From positions 288 to 64,287 of the forward strand of contig JBHHXE010000001.1 in the NCBI GenBank assembly GCA_046756865.1: DNA of 64,000 bases. Direction: 5' to 3'. Of this stretch, positions 17,595 to 27,064 are shown one piece after another. This stretch comes from Nitrospiria bacterium. Its GTDB lineage: Bacteria > Nitrospirota > Nitrospiria > SBBL01 > JAADHI01. The translations under genes were made by a program, and so were the position numbers. The notes below the pieces were generated by a model. It worked only from the letters and a program-made list of their open reading frames with translations. It had not been told where the DNA came from and ran no database searches. The first letter of the stretch is position 1. Every line of letters begins with the position of its first letter.

Positions 17595-17918
17595 CTACCT
17601 TGGGCGGGATCCTCCAATGCTAAGATTTTGTTGTTCTGACAGATGACATTTGGTGATCTTTGACGATGAGGCGCCTCCGGCGAAAGGAGGCAGGAAGGCA
17701 ATTTCATCACCATTTTTAATGAGGCAACTCTTTTCTGCTGCTTCCTGGTTGACAGAGATCAGGATCCTTCTTTCGCTGAGCAGGTCTTTCAACGCGGGGA
17801 GGTTTTCCTGAAGCTTCTCGATCACTTGGGCCAGGGTTGTTTCCTCCTCGACTTCCAGGGAAAGCTCTTCTTTACCAACAAGGTGTTTTAGAACTGCAAA
17901 AAAACGCACTTTAACCAC
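17595..17918 (-). CDS. moaD: Molybdopterin synthase sulfur-carrier subunit with 25-aa C-terminal extension
   Basis: The first 82 aa are a ThiS/MoaD-like ubiquitin fold ending LPPFAGG (Gly-Gly codons at 17673-17678). The ORF then continues 25 codons (ASSSKITKCHLSEQQNLSIGGSRPR) to TAG 17595-17597. Confidence 0.85.
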   Translation of the reverse strand: MVKVRFFAVLKHLVGKEELSLEVEEETTLAQVIEKLQENLPALKDLLSERRILISVNQEAAEKSCLIKNGDEIAFLPPFAGGASSSKITKCHLSEQQNLSIGGSRPR

Positions 17919-17956
17919 GAGATGGACTCCAAAAATAAAATTTCTCCGGTTTCTGA

Positions 17957-18358
17957 CTACTTGACCTGAGACCTAGAGCAATTCCAGCCGCTTCCTTTTA
18001 ATTTTCTGACGATGGCGGCCATTTCTTCCGGCGTAACATGCTCACTCATATATCTAACCATGATGTACTTTCTGCCGCTGAAACCTTCAACAGATTTCAC
18101 ACCCATCTGTTTCATTAGGGCCTCCTGGATTTCTTCCGGGTGACGGTGGCAAAAGGGTCCAGAAAGGTTAATCCTTACGACCTTTTCACCCGGAGCCATC
18201 GCAGGCTCTTCTTTCTTTATTGAAGGAGAATGGTGATGCTCCATTTTTTCCTCCGGATGGGAGTGCTTCCCGTCGGCTGAAACGGGAGGGGGGAGTGTCA
18301 AGACACTGACGAGCATAGAAGCGAAAAATAATAGTGTAACCTTGTGTTGTATTATCAT
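17957..18358 (-). CDS. Periplasmic His-rich protein with HMA-like (ferredoxin-fold) domain
   Basis: I place the start at ATG 18358 (AAAGAGG SD, signal peptide MIIQHKVTLLFFASMLVSVLTL). The longer ORF-track start at 18472 would span the lptG terminator. His-rich KHSHPEEKMEHHHS is followed by VVRINLSGPFCHRHPEEIQEALMKQMGVKSVE....V.Y....T.EE....V.K, which reads like an HMA fold with CxxC replaced by C-H-x-H. Confidence 0.6.
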   Translation of the reverse strand: MIIQHKVTLLFFASMLVSVLTLPPPVSADGKHSHPEEKMEHHHSPSIKKEEPAMAPGEKVVRINLSGPFCHRHPEEIQEALMKQMGVKSVEGFSGRKYIMVRYMSEHVTPEEMAAIVRKLKGSGWNCSRSQVK

Positions 18359-18425
18359 CCTCTTTGCCTTTATTGTGTTGTTAAAACGCTCCACTTCCTG
18401 ATATTCAGAAGGGGAACCTAATGGG

Positions 18426-18463
18426 AACAAAAAGACACCCCCACATTCGGTATTCGGGGGTGT
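18426..18463 (-). terminator. Rho-independent terminator after lptG
   Basis: On the minus strand, ACACCCCC (complement of 18456-18463) pairs perfectly with GGGGGTGT (complement of 18435-18442). The loop is 13 nt and the stem is followed by CTTTTTGTT. Confidence 0.7.
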
Positions 18464-18534
18464 TGCGGACAATTAGCCATGATTGTATTGTGGTTTACCC
18501 AACTTGTCAACGCGTTTGGAACATTTTGGAGCAT

Positions 18535-19623
18535 TTATTGACGGATATTCAAAAAGAGATAGCATCCGATGATCAGGAGAAGGATATTTGCGCTCCAGGC
18601 CGCCAGCCAGGGAGAGAGGGCACCGATATGGCCCAGTGAGACCGTAACCGAAAAAACGAGCCAGTAGAAGAAGGCAATACCAAGACTGATTGAGATCCCC
18701 CTTGCTAGACCGGCGCTCCGCTTGTCTTTGAGTGCAAAAGGGATTCCTAGCAAAATCATCATGAAGTTGACAAAAGGAAAGGCCTCTTTCGCGCGCAAAT
18801 CGACCCTGTACCGTGTAGCATCAAAACCGTCCGCGGTTAGTTGATTAATATACGATTGAAGTTTATCTGATGTCATTTCACTTGTCTTTACAGAAATCTT
18901 TTGGAAATCCGCAGGTTTCTTATTAAGCTGAATGGGCTCTCTCTTAAAGGTTTTGAGCTCGATCGATCCATCTTCCTGAAATTTACGATGGACTCCGTTT
19001 GATAGAATCCATTTACCTCCTTCATAGGCGAGCCCCTCGGCTTCAATTTCTTCAGGAAGAGTGTAATCTTCTCCAAGGTAATAAATATGGATCCCCTGCA
19101 TGGCCTTTTTATCGGGATTGACCACTTGGATGTTAAAAATTGTCCGGTTATCGAGCCGGAGCCATATCCTGTTTTGAGCAAAATCACCAAATCGTTTTCT
19201 TCCCTCAATATCTTCGGAACGAATAATTTTTGCTCTTTCGTAGGAGGATGGAACAAGTGAGCCGTTCAAGAAATAAAAAAGAACGCTAATGGCAGCAGCA
19301 AAGACGAAAATGGGCAGGGATAGCCTTAGAACGCTGATCCCCGAACTTTTAAATGCGGTGATTTCGTTGTTCTTTGAAAGCCCACCAAAAGTGATCAGTG
19401 TGGAAATTAGAAGCGCGAGCGGTGTTAAATCAAAGATGAATCTGGGAAGACGATTCAGAAAGTATTGAAGGATCAGGATGATTGGGGGATGGTGGGCATG
19501 AAACTTCCTGATCTTCTCAACAAACTCAATGGAAAGATAGACCAGTACGAGTGCCCCGAGCGTGACAAAGAAAATCTTTAAGTATTCTCTTAGGATATAT
19601 CGCGTTGTCAGGCTCACCATCAT
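18535..19623 (-). CDS. lptG: LPS export ABC permease LptG (YjgP/YjgQ family)
   Basis: 362 aa with the N-terminal RYILREYLK motif, 6 TM segments and a central periplasmic beta-jellyroll-like insert. It is the second gene of an overlapping pair. Confidence 0.85.
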   Translation of the reverse strand: MMVSLTTRYILREYLKIFFVTLGALVLVYLSIEFVEKIRKFHAHHPPIILILQYFLNRLPRFIFDLTPLALLISTLITFGGLSKNNEITAFKSSGISVLRLSLPIFVFAAAISVLFYFLNGSLVPSSYERAKIIRSEDIEGRKRFGDFAQNRIWLRLDNRTIFNIQVVNPDKKAMQGIHIYYLGEDYTLPEEIEAEGLAYEGGKWILSNGVHRKFQEDGSIELKTFKREPIQLNKKPADFQKISVKTSEMTSDKLQSYINQLTADGFDATRYRVDLRAKEAFPFVNFMMILLGIPFALKDKRSAGLARGISISLGIAFFYWLVFSVTVSLGHIGALSPWLAAWSANILLLIIGCYLFLNIRQ

Positions 19624-20750
19624 GGCCTCTTATTCGAAAACTGAAGAAAATTTGGAAAAGATTCATTTGCCGTTATGTTTAGAAGGTAGATGCAGAATGG
19701 AATCAGAAAGAAATGGGGGAACGAGGCTCCGATAATAGGCGGAGCGAGGCGGATAGAAATGAGATAATCGCCAAAAGTCGTTAGCAAATAATACAGCCCG
19801 ATAATCGCGATCCCGACGGTAAACCCGCCAACCCGGGTAAGTCGGCCTGCAATGATTCCAAGTGGAACGCCGATGATCCCGAAAACCAGTGCGGCGAGGG
19901 AAAGCGCAAAATGTTTGTAAAAAGCGGAGAGAAGTTGGAGAGATTTAATATCTTTCCCTTTGGAGGCCTCAATCTGCTTCTTTATCTCAGAATAGGAAGT
20001 TTTTTTTGTCATGGCGTCCTGTCTTCCTGCGACAGAAGAAAGGTCGACCCTCAAGTCATAACGCTCAAAGGTCATACGTTGGTAGCCTAGACTGTCCCTT
20101 CCCCTTCTATGGAGGCTTCCATTATAGAGGTTAAAACCGAAGATTCCATTATTCGTCTCCGTGGTTAGGGTTCCCCGTTTTGCAACGATCATTACCGGAA
20201 TTTCCGGATTTCTACGGTCGATGATAAATACGCCTTGTAACTCTGAAAATGTCGGCATCGACTCAACATAAATCATCATCCTGGAAAAGGTTTCATTGAA
20301 GCGGCCTTCTTCCAATCCGACATTAATCCTCTTTTTGAGTATTTTTACGGCAAGTGTTTTAAACGATCCTTTACCGGGAGGTTGGGCGAGCATTCCCATT
20401 GAAAGGGTCAGCAGAGAAGCCAGGATCGAAAAGATAAGTACGGGTTGGATCAAACGGAAAAATCCAATGCCCACAGATTTAAGCGCGATGATTTCATTGT
20501 CTGAGGAGAGCCTGTCAAAGGTAACGACTGATGCCAGCATCACAGCCATAGGAATGGATAATAAAAAAAATGAAGGGAGAAGGGTGATAAAGATCTGGCC
20601 AACACTCAGCAGGTCGACGCCTTTTCCAACGATCAACTCCATTAACCTGAGCAACTGTTGAATGAGAATGAGGAAGGTAAGAATAAAGATCCCGATCAGG
20701 AATGGAACGGTTAATTCTTTTATAATATAGCGGTCGAGGGATTTAAACAT
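19620..20750 (-). CDS. lptF: LPS export ABC permease LptF (YjgP/YjgQ family)
   Basis: MFKSLDRYIIKELTVPFLIG is the family N-terminus, so I prefer ATG 20750 over the ORF-track start at 20804. Overlaps lptG by 4 nt. Confidence 0.85.
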   Translation of the reverse strand: MFKSLDRYIIKELTVPFLIGIFILTFLILIQQLLRLMELIVGKGVDLLSVGQIFITLLPSFFLLSIPMAVMLASVVTFDRLSSDNEIIALKSVGIGFFRLIQPVLIFSILASLLTLSMGMLAQPPGKGSFKTLAVKILKKRINVGLEEGRFNETFSRMMIYVESMPTFSELQGVFIIDRRNPEIPVMIVAKRGTLTTETNNGIFGFNLYNGSLHRRGRDSLGYQRMTFERYDLRVDLSSVAGRQDAMTKKTSYSEIKKQIEASKGKDIKSLQLLSAFYKHFALSLAALVFGIIGVPLGIIAGRLTRVGGFTVGIAIIGLYYLLTTFGDYLISIRLAPPIIGASFPHFFLIPFCIYLLNITANESFPNFLQFSNKRP

Positions 20751-20885
20751 GACGGTCCAAATATACATGGGTCGTACTTTGTTTGTAAATATACTCTGGG
20801 GCATGGTCGGTCCACGGATTTTTGTGTTGGATATTCCGCTTTTTCAAAACTTGGAATTTCACATAAAAAGCGATAGAATGCCCGA

Positions 20886-22418
20886 ATGAAAACGATAGGC
20901 GATCTTAAACCTCTCATGGAGATGTTTCAGGAGATTCAGTATCTCTCAAGTACATGTGCGCTCCTTTCCTGGGATCAAGAGACCTATATGCCCCCGGGGG
21001 GCGGAGAAGCACGGGCGGAACAGCTCTCTTTGCTTGGTGCCTTGGTCCACGAAAAACGGGTTGGTGAAGATATGAAAAGTCTCCTCTCAAGATGGCTTGA
21101 CCTGGAGACGGGGGCACTGCAAGGAGGAGATACCGACTGGGATGAGCCTGCGCGCGCACTGCTGAGAGAAGTCTGGCACGATTACGACAGGAGCATCAAG
21201 CTGCCTTTCTGCTTTGTTCGTAGGATCGGAAAAGCTGCATCCCTGTCACATCAGGCTTGGGTGGAGGCGAGACAAAGAAATGATTTTGCTTTATTTGCGC
21301 CCCATCTCAAAAAGATGGTCACTCTGAAGAGGGAAGAGGCAGGTTACCTGGGATATGATGATTCTCCTTATGATCCCCTTTTGGATTCTTATGAACCGGG
21401 GATGACGGTTAAACAGATTGTGCCGCTTTTTTCCGCACTGAAGGCCGATCTTATTCCCATTCTCGAAATGGTTGTATCGTCTCGAGTCAAAACCAATAAG
21501 GACTTTCTCTACCTCCATTATCCGGCAGAACGGCAGTTGATTTTTGGCAGGGAGATATTGAAGGCTATGGGATATATCTTTCAAAATGGAAGGCAGGATC
21601 TCTCTGCCCATCCTTTTACAACCTCCTTCCATCCAACGGACGTCCGTATTACAACGCGGGTTGATGAAAAAGATTTCTGTTCATCCCTCTTCAGTTCGAT
21701 ACATGAAGGAGGGCATGCCTTGTATGAACAGGGTCTTTCCCCGGAATACTTTGGGTCACCGCTCGGGGAAGCGGTATCGCTGGGGCTACACGAAAGCCAG
21801 TCCCGCCTGTGGGAAAATTGTGTCGGGCGCTCAAGACCTTTTTGGCGACACTTTTACCCGGTTCTCCAGGCCCATTTTCCAGATCAATTAAAAAAATTTG
21901 ATCTGGATGCGTATTATTCCGCGATTAATTTTGTTCGCCCTTCTCTAATCAGGGTTGAAGCGGATGAGTTGACCTATAATCTTCACATTATGGTTCGTTT
22001 TGAGATTGAAAAGGCATTAATCGAAGGGGATCTTGATGTTGATGCACTCCCGGGTATCTGGGGGGAAAAGATGAAGGAGCATCTTGGAATTGCTCCAGAA
22101 TCGGACACCGAGGGAGTACTTCAGGATGTCCACTGGTCCGGCGGGGCCTTTGGTTATTTCCCAACCTACACACTGGGGAATCTTTATGCGGCCCAGATTT
22201 TCCGACAGGCAAAAAAAGAAATCCCAGAATTCTATGTCCAGATTGAAAAGGGAGATCTCCTTCCACTTAAAGAATGGCTGAATAAGAAGATCCACCGCTG
22301 GGGGAGACAGTACAGGAGCGAAGACCTCCTCAGACGTGTAACGGGAGAACCACTGAACCCACACTACTTCATTGAAGGCCTGCATGAAAAGTTCGGCGGG
22401 ATTTACGGATTTTCATGA
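20886..22418 (+). CDS. Carboxypeptidase Taq-like M32 metallopeptidase
   Basis: 510 aa with HPFT and the HExxH context SIHEGGHALYEQG, plus HESQSRLWEN and DVHWS, as in the M32 family. Confidence 0.9.
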   Translation: MKTIGDLKPLMEMFQEIQYLSSTCALLSWDQETYMPPGGGEARAEQLSLLGALVHEKRVGEDMKSLLSRWLDLETGALQGGDTDWDEPARALLREVWHDYDRSIKLPFCFVRRIGKAASLSHQAWVEARQRNDFALFAPHLKKMVTLKREEAGYLGYDDSPYDPLLDSYEPGMTVKQIVPLFSALKADLIPILEMVVSSRVKTNKDFLYLHYPAERQLIFGREILKAMGYIFQNGRQDLSAHPFTTSFHPTDVRITTRVDEKDFCSSLFSSIHEGGHALYEQGLSPEYFGSPLGEAVSLGLHESQSRLWENCVGRSRPFWRHFYPVLQAHFPDQLKKFDLDAYYSAINFVRPSLIRVEADELTYNLHIMVRFEIEKALIEGDLDVDALPGIWGEKMKEHLGIAPESDTEGVLQDVHWSGGAFGYFPTYTLGNLYAAQIFRQAKKEIPEFYVQIEKGDLLPLKEWLNKKIHRWGRQYRSEDLLRRVTGEPLNPHYFIEGLHEKFGGIYGFS

Positions 22419-22603
22419 TCAGATGCAATCGGAATCAAGATCTCAACATCAAAATCTCCGACCTTGGCTGATAATTTGGATTTCCACTTCAAATTCCCTT
22501 TATCCATTGAAAAATCAATGGGTTTGTGATAAATTTTACGACGTGGTGGGGCTGGATACAGGATGAATAAAAGTTTGGACTGGGGGAATATTGCTCTTTT
22601 CTT

Positions 22604-22966
22604 ATGGATGAACTTGGAGAAAAGTTGGTTGAGGGAAAATCTCCGTCAGGGGATATAGAAAAACCCGGCACCACCGTCGGGGAAAAGGACTTTCATCAAA
22701 CGGCCGAAGGCTATCCTGTCAATTTCTCCTCTTTTATTCTTTCGCTGGCGACATCGGCGCTGATTCATCTCGGGGAAGATGCAAATCCTGCTACCGGAGA
22801 GAAATCGGTGCAGTTGCCGATGGCAAGGCAGGTCATAGATCTTCTCACCCTTCTCGAAAAAAAGACCAGGGGAAATCTGTCAAAGGATGAGGCCGGCCTG
22901 ATCTCTCAATTGCTTTACACCTTGAGGATGAAATTTGTTGAAACGGAAAAGAAAACCCATCCCTGA
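22604..22966 (+). CDS. DUF1844 family protein
   Basis: 120 aa. NFSSFILSLATSALIHLGE.....G......L..A...IDLL..L..KT.GNL matches my recollection of DUF1844. Confidence 0.65.
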   Translation: MDELGEKLVEGKSPSGDIEKPGTTVGEKDFHQTAEGYPVNFSSFILSLATSALIHLGEDANPATGEKSVQLPMARQVIDLLTLLEKKTRGNLSKDEAGLISQLLYTLRMKFVETEKKTHP

Positions 22967-23060
22967 TCTCTCTCCCTGTCATTAGTGATAAACTGTATGG
23001 AATAAGGCTTGTGTTGCTCATTCCATCTCCCCCGTTTACCTTTTGTAAGAGGAGCCCTGT

Positions 23061-26000
23061 TTGTCTAAGAAGTGGGTTCTAATCCCTTTAATCGTATTCA
23101 TTCTCCTTGTCATTGGTTCTCACTTATTCTTTCAGAGCGGTTATGTCTCGGAAAAAGCCCGGGAGATTTCTGAAACTCGCTTAAATAACCTGCTTGCCGG
23201 GGAGGTCCGGATTCGTTCTGCCCGGGTCAACCTTTTTTCCGCTTCTGTTTCCCTGAAGGGTGTTTCCATTGAAAGCCAAAAGTCCGAACCTCCTGCTAAA
23301 TTGATTGCTGAAAGGGTCCGGATGGCTTTCAGTCCCTGGTCTCTCTTTATGGAAGCCTTCATGATCGGGGAAGTTGCGATAGATTCTCCTGTCTTGGTCC
23401 TGACCGAACAGACCCTGAATGAGATAAGGTCTGTTTTCCCTCCTTCAGGCGCCGAAAAAAAGGAAGCTCCACCAAAAGTGGTCGTACGCTCTATTCTCAT
23501 AAGCAATGGAAGCGTTTCATACCAGGGGGGAAACGCGAATGAGAAAATTTCCCTTGATAAAATGAACCTTAAAATTGATCCAAATTTAAAAATGGACCGG
23601 TTCGAGGTCGAACTTTCAGGAAAAGAAGTTGCGCTCTCAACAGGCAAGGGCAATGGTCGACTGGACCGGTTTGAAGTGAAAATGCTGGTCCAGCCTGACA
23701 AAATCAACATCGAGAAGGCATGGTTCGCATCCAGGCAGTTTACACTTCTTTCTGAAGGCGTTTTCACCTTCGGCACACAAAAGCCACTCGATTTTAGTTT
23801 TGATGCCCAGATACCCATATCAAATTTTGATCCCACAAGGCAGGGTGCGCCGGAAGACATTTTTTTTAGGGGGAAAAAATTGTCTGGAGAGGCCGTTCTC
23901 CTTGGAAAACTTTCAGGTTCTCTCTCGAGTCCGGATTTGAAAGGGAGGCTAATGCTTTCACCTCTCTCCCTTGACGGAAAGGAAATCGGGACAGTCGGAG
24001 CAAATATTTCTTACCAGAAGGGATTGCTTTCCTTTGATTCTGTATCGGGGGAAGTCTTTCCCGGTTCTTTTTCCGGAAACGGACAGATGATCCTTCCCTT
24101 CGGGCCGCATCCTGATAAGGAGTCGAATGAAACATATCAACTTAATCTGAAGTATCGGGGGATATCACTTCATAGGGTGCTTCAGAATATCAGGGGAGAT
24201 GAAGCGAAGGGAAATGCGTTATCTGAAGGAATCTTTCTTGATGGCAACTTTACCCTATCGGGAAGCAAATTTGACAAGCAGGATTTTACCGCGAAAGGCC
24301 ATCTCAATGCAATAAGGCACCCTCTTTTTTCTCCGGCCCTTCCCGTAAAAGCAAAACGATTTCCATTGCTCATGTCCCTCTTCAGAAACGGATCGATGCA
24401 ATGGCTTTGGTCCAGGGGTCGGCTTCACTTGGAAAAGGGGAAGATCGCTTTTCCCGATGCGGGGGTAGACTTTTTTGGCAAATGGGATACAGAGTCCGGA
24501 TTGAAGCTCAACACGAAAGCCCAAAGCAAAGAGGTTAAAGTCCTTGCCAGCCGACTTCGAATTCCGCTCACCGGCCAAATGCAGCTCGAAGGGGTTTTAG
24601 CCGGACCGATGACACATCCTGCTTTTAAGGGAAATGTTTTATTTGAAAAGTGGGCGCTTAGGGGGCAATCTTTTGGAACGCTTTCCTCTCAAATCTCTTA
24701 TGCGAACAAGATTATCACTTTAAAGCGTGGAGAAGTAAAGGATTCAGCTCCGGGCTCCCGTCCCCGAACCATGAAACAAGGTAAAGGAAAAAGGGATGTT
24801 TTCCGCTATCAGTTTGAGGGGGATGTTGGCTATGAGAAATACCCGATTCCTTCTTTCGATCTCCGGGTTAACTTGAAATCGGCCGATCCTCTGGAGGTCC
24901 TGACTGTGTTTAAAAGACCGATCCCACTCAACACCTTGGTTACGGGCCATTTACACATTCAGGGAACGCCCAGGGCTTTGAACGTGGAAGGGCCTCTTAT
25001 ATTATCAAAAGGAGCGCTCTATGGAGAGTCTTTTGACCGGGGAAAGCTGGAGTTGACTGTAACTGAAAAAAAGGTCGGGTTTCGAAATGTCGTTCTTGAA
25101 AAAAAGCACACCCGTTTTGTAGGTGAAGGAGAGATGGGGTACCGGGGAAGCTATCGGCTTGCTTTGCGGGGGAAAAATCTCAATCTTCATAAGACCGCTT
25201 ATTTTCAATCGCGCCTCCCCTTCCTTGCTGGAGAGGTGGGGGTGAAGGTTTCGGGAAAAGGAAGTTTTAAGGACCCGGGATTAAAGGTGCTTGTCGACAT
25301 AAGCGACCTTCGTTATGGGGAGATGGAAGGAGGACAGGGAAAGCTAAGGATTGACTGGAAAGACCGGGAGATTAAACTGGAGGGGAAGCTTCCCCGGAAA
25401 AATCTTCAACTGGAAGCAAAGGTTGCCATGACGGGTCCTTACCCATTCTCTTTTAAAAGTCACTTTGACTCTCTTCAACTGGCTCCCTTTTTTAGAGCCC
25501 ACCTCAGGGGCCTTATTTCGGATGTCGGCATTCAACTCACTGGTAAAATGGAGGGACAGGGCGAATTTTCTCACCTCGAACATGTAAACCTGGAGGGAGC
25601 CTTCTCAACGATACTGGCCGATTTCAGTGGTTATGAGATTCAGAATGACGGTGACATCACGGTTCATTCAGAAGAGGGTGATTTTCAAATCAAGGACAGT
25701 CGTTTTAAAGGAGAGAATACCGCACTGTCCTTCTCCGGGAACATGGCTCTTCTCAGGAGTTGGGATATCTTGATGGAGGGGGAAGCGGATCTGAATCTGA
25801 TCAAGTTTTTCACAAAAGAGATTGCTTCAGGTAGTGGAAAGGCCCTGTTGAATCTCCGTGTTTCCGAGGATTGGGAAACCCCCAATATCAACGGGATCCT
25901 CCATTTGAAAAATGGCAAAATTCGAACCGCAACCTTTTCCAGAACAGTTCTTATTGATTCACTGGAACTCGTCTTCAATCAGGACCACCTCCTTCTGGAG

Positions 26001-27050
26001 ACATTTGAAGGAAAGGTGGGTGGGGGACGATTTCAAGGGAGTGGAAAAGCTCACATTTCCGGGTTTAACTTGAAGTCATTTGGATTTCTCCTTACACTGA
26101 AAAATGCGGGTGTCCAGATTCTGCCAAAGCTGGTTGCAACAGTCGATGGGGATCTCCTTTTCCAACGTGATGAAAAAGGGCAGTCCCTCAGGGGGGAATT
26201 GAAGCTGAAGCGGGCAGTATATGAACAGAGGACGGATCTGAAGTCTATTATTACAAAGTTCAACAAAAAGAAAGGGCAGGCACTCTGGCGAGATGCCCCA
26301 ATTTCCGGAAGGACCAAATTGAACGTCCATCTTTACGGGAGGGAAGGGGTTTGGATTAACAATAACGTCGCGAAGATCCCTCTATCTCTTGATCTCTTCC
26401 TGAAAGGCTCTAATGAAAGGCCGTTACTGCTTGGTCGGATAGATCTCCCCAGAGGAAAAATCTTTCTCAGAAGAAACCATTTCAGAGTGATCTCCGGAGC
26501 TGTCGATTTCCTTAACCCGGAAAAGATTGACCCGACGTTTGATATCCACGCAAAAACAGATGTCAGGAACTACGCGACAGACCAGACTTACAAAGTCGAG
26601 CTATCCCTAAGGGGAACACTATCCCAAATCACACTGAGTCTACAGTCATCGCCTTCTCTTCCTCAGGCAGACATCCTTGCCCTGCTCACACTTGGAAAGA
26701 CAACGGCAGATATTGCCGACGGCGGTGCAGGAGGGGAGGCGACTGCTTTTGTTGTTTCGGAGCTCCTGGAGGAACCTGTTCAGAAAGTCACCGGGGTCGA
26801 CCGGATTCAAGTCAATCCGACGATTGGAGAATCCAATGGTTCTAAAACAACGACAGGGACCCGCTTTACTGCGGAAAAGAGGCTCCTTGAGGACCGCTTA
26901 ATTGTGGTATATTCTACGACGCTTGATCCTTCCGAGGAAGATTTAATACGCATGGTCTATGAGGTGAATAAGAATGTTTCCCTGGTCGGAAATAGAGACG
27001 ACAGAGGAGAGATAGGAGGGGACGTTCGATTTCGATTCGAATTTCGCTAA
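23061..27050 (+). CDS. tamB: Translocation and assembly module protein TamB-like (AsmA-like/DUF490)
   Basis: 1329 aa from a TTG start. An N-terminal signal-anchor is followed by a long repetitive beta-rich body. The C-terminal DUF490-like end reads ...RFTAEKRL..RL.VVYSTTLD......R..YE.....SL.G.R...G..G.D..FRFEFR. Confidence 0.85.
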   Translation: MSKKWVLIPLIVFILLVIGSHLFFQSGYVSEKAREISETRLNNLLAGEVRIRSARVNLFSASVSLKGVSIESQKSEPPAKLIAERVRMAFSPWSLFMEAFMIGEVAIDSPVLVLTEQTLNEIRSVFPPSGAEKKEAPPKVVVRSILISNGSVSYQGGNANEKISLDKMNLKIDPNLKMDRFEVELSGKEVALSTGKGNGRLDRFEVKMLVQPDKINIEKAWFASRQFTLLSEGVFTFGTQKPLDFSFDAQIPISNFDPTRQGAPEDIFFRGKKLSGEAVLLGKLSGSLSSPDLKGRLMLSPLSLDGKEIGTVGANISYQKGLLSFDSVSGEVFPGSFSGNGQMILPFGPHPDKESNETYQLNLKYRGISLHRVLQNIRGDEAKGNALSEGIFLDGNFTLSGSKFDKQDFTAKGHLNAIRHPLFSPALPVKAKRFPLLMSLFRNGSMQWLWSRGRLHLEKGKIAFPDAGVDFFGKWDTESGLKLNTKAQSKEVKVLASRLRIPLTGQMQLEGVLAGPMTHPAFKGNVLFEKWALRGQSFGTLSSQISYANKIITLKRGEVKDSAPGSRPRTMKQGKGKRDVFRYQFEGDVGYEKYPIPSFDLRVNLKSADPLEVLTVFKRPIPLNTLVTGHLHIQGTPRALNVEGPLILSKGALYGESFDRGKLELTVTEKKVGFRNVVLEKKHTRFVGEGEMGYRGSYRLALRGKNLNLHKTAYFQSRLPFLAGEVGVKVSGKGSFKDPGLKVLVDISDLRYGEMEGGQGKLRIDWKDREIKLEGKLPRKNLQLEAKVAMTGPYPFSFKSHFDSLQLAPFFRAHLRGLISDVGIQLTGKMEGQGEFSHLEHVNLEGAFSTILADFSGYEIQNDGDITVHSEEGDFQIKDSRFKGENTALSFSGNMALLRSWDILMEGEADLNLIKFFTKEIASGSGKALLNLRVSEDWETPNINGILHLKNGKIRTATFSRTVLIDSLELVFNQDHLLLETFEGKVGGGRFQGSGKAHISGFNLKSFGFLLTLKNAGVQILPKLVATVDGDLLFQRDEKGQSLRGELKLKRAVYEQRTDLKSIITKFNKKKGQALWRDAPISGRTKLNVHLYGREGVWINNNVAKIPLSLDLFLKGSNERPLLLGRIDLPRGKIFLRRNHFRVISGAVDFLNPEKIDPTFDIHAKTDVRNYATDQTYKVELSLRGTLSQITLSLQSSPSLPQADILALLTLGKTTADIADGGAGGEATAFVVSELLEEPVQKVTGVDRIQVNPTIGESNGSKTTTGTRFTAEKRLLEDRLIVVYSTTLDPSEEDLIRMVYEVNKNVSLVGNRDDRGEIGGDVRFRFEFR

Positions 27051-27064
27051 TCTTCATAGTATTT

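Noticed and set aside
18359-18472. N-terminal extension of the HMA-like ORF (ORF-track start 18472)
   Set aside because: The extension would be translated across the lptG terminator hairpin. It has no signal-like features, whereas ATG 18358 has a good SD and yields a signal peptide.
22470-22600. Sigma54-like sequences (TGGCTGATAATTTGG; TGGGGGAATATTGCT) upstream of the DUF1844 gene
   Set aside because: The -12 element is TTGG in the first. In the second, the GG-to-GC spacing is one nucleotide short. Neither meets the consensus.
23141-23860. 239-aa antisense ORF inside tamB
   Set aside because: Shadow ORF. The sense strand is an uninterrupted 1329-aa TamB-like protein.
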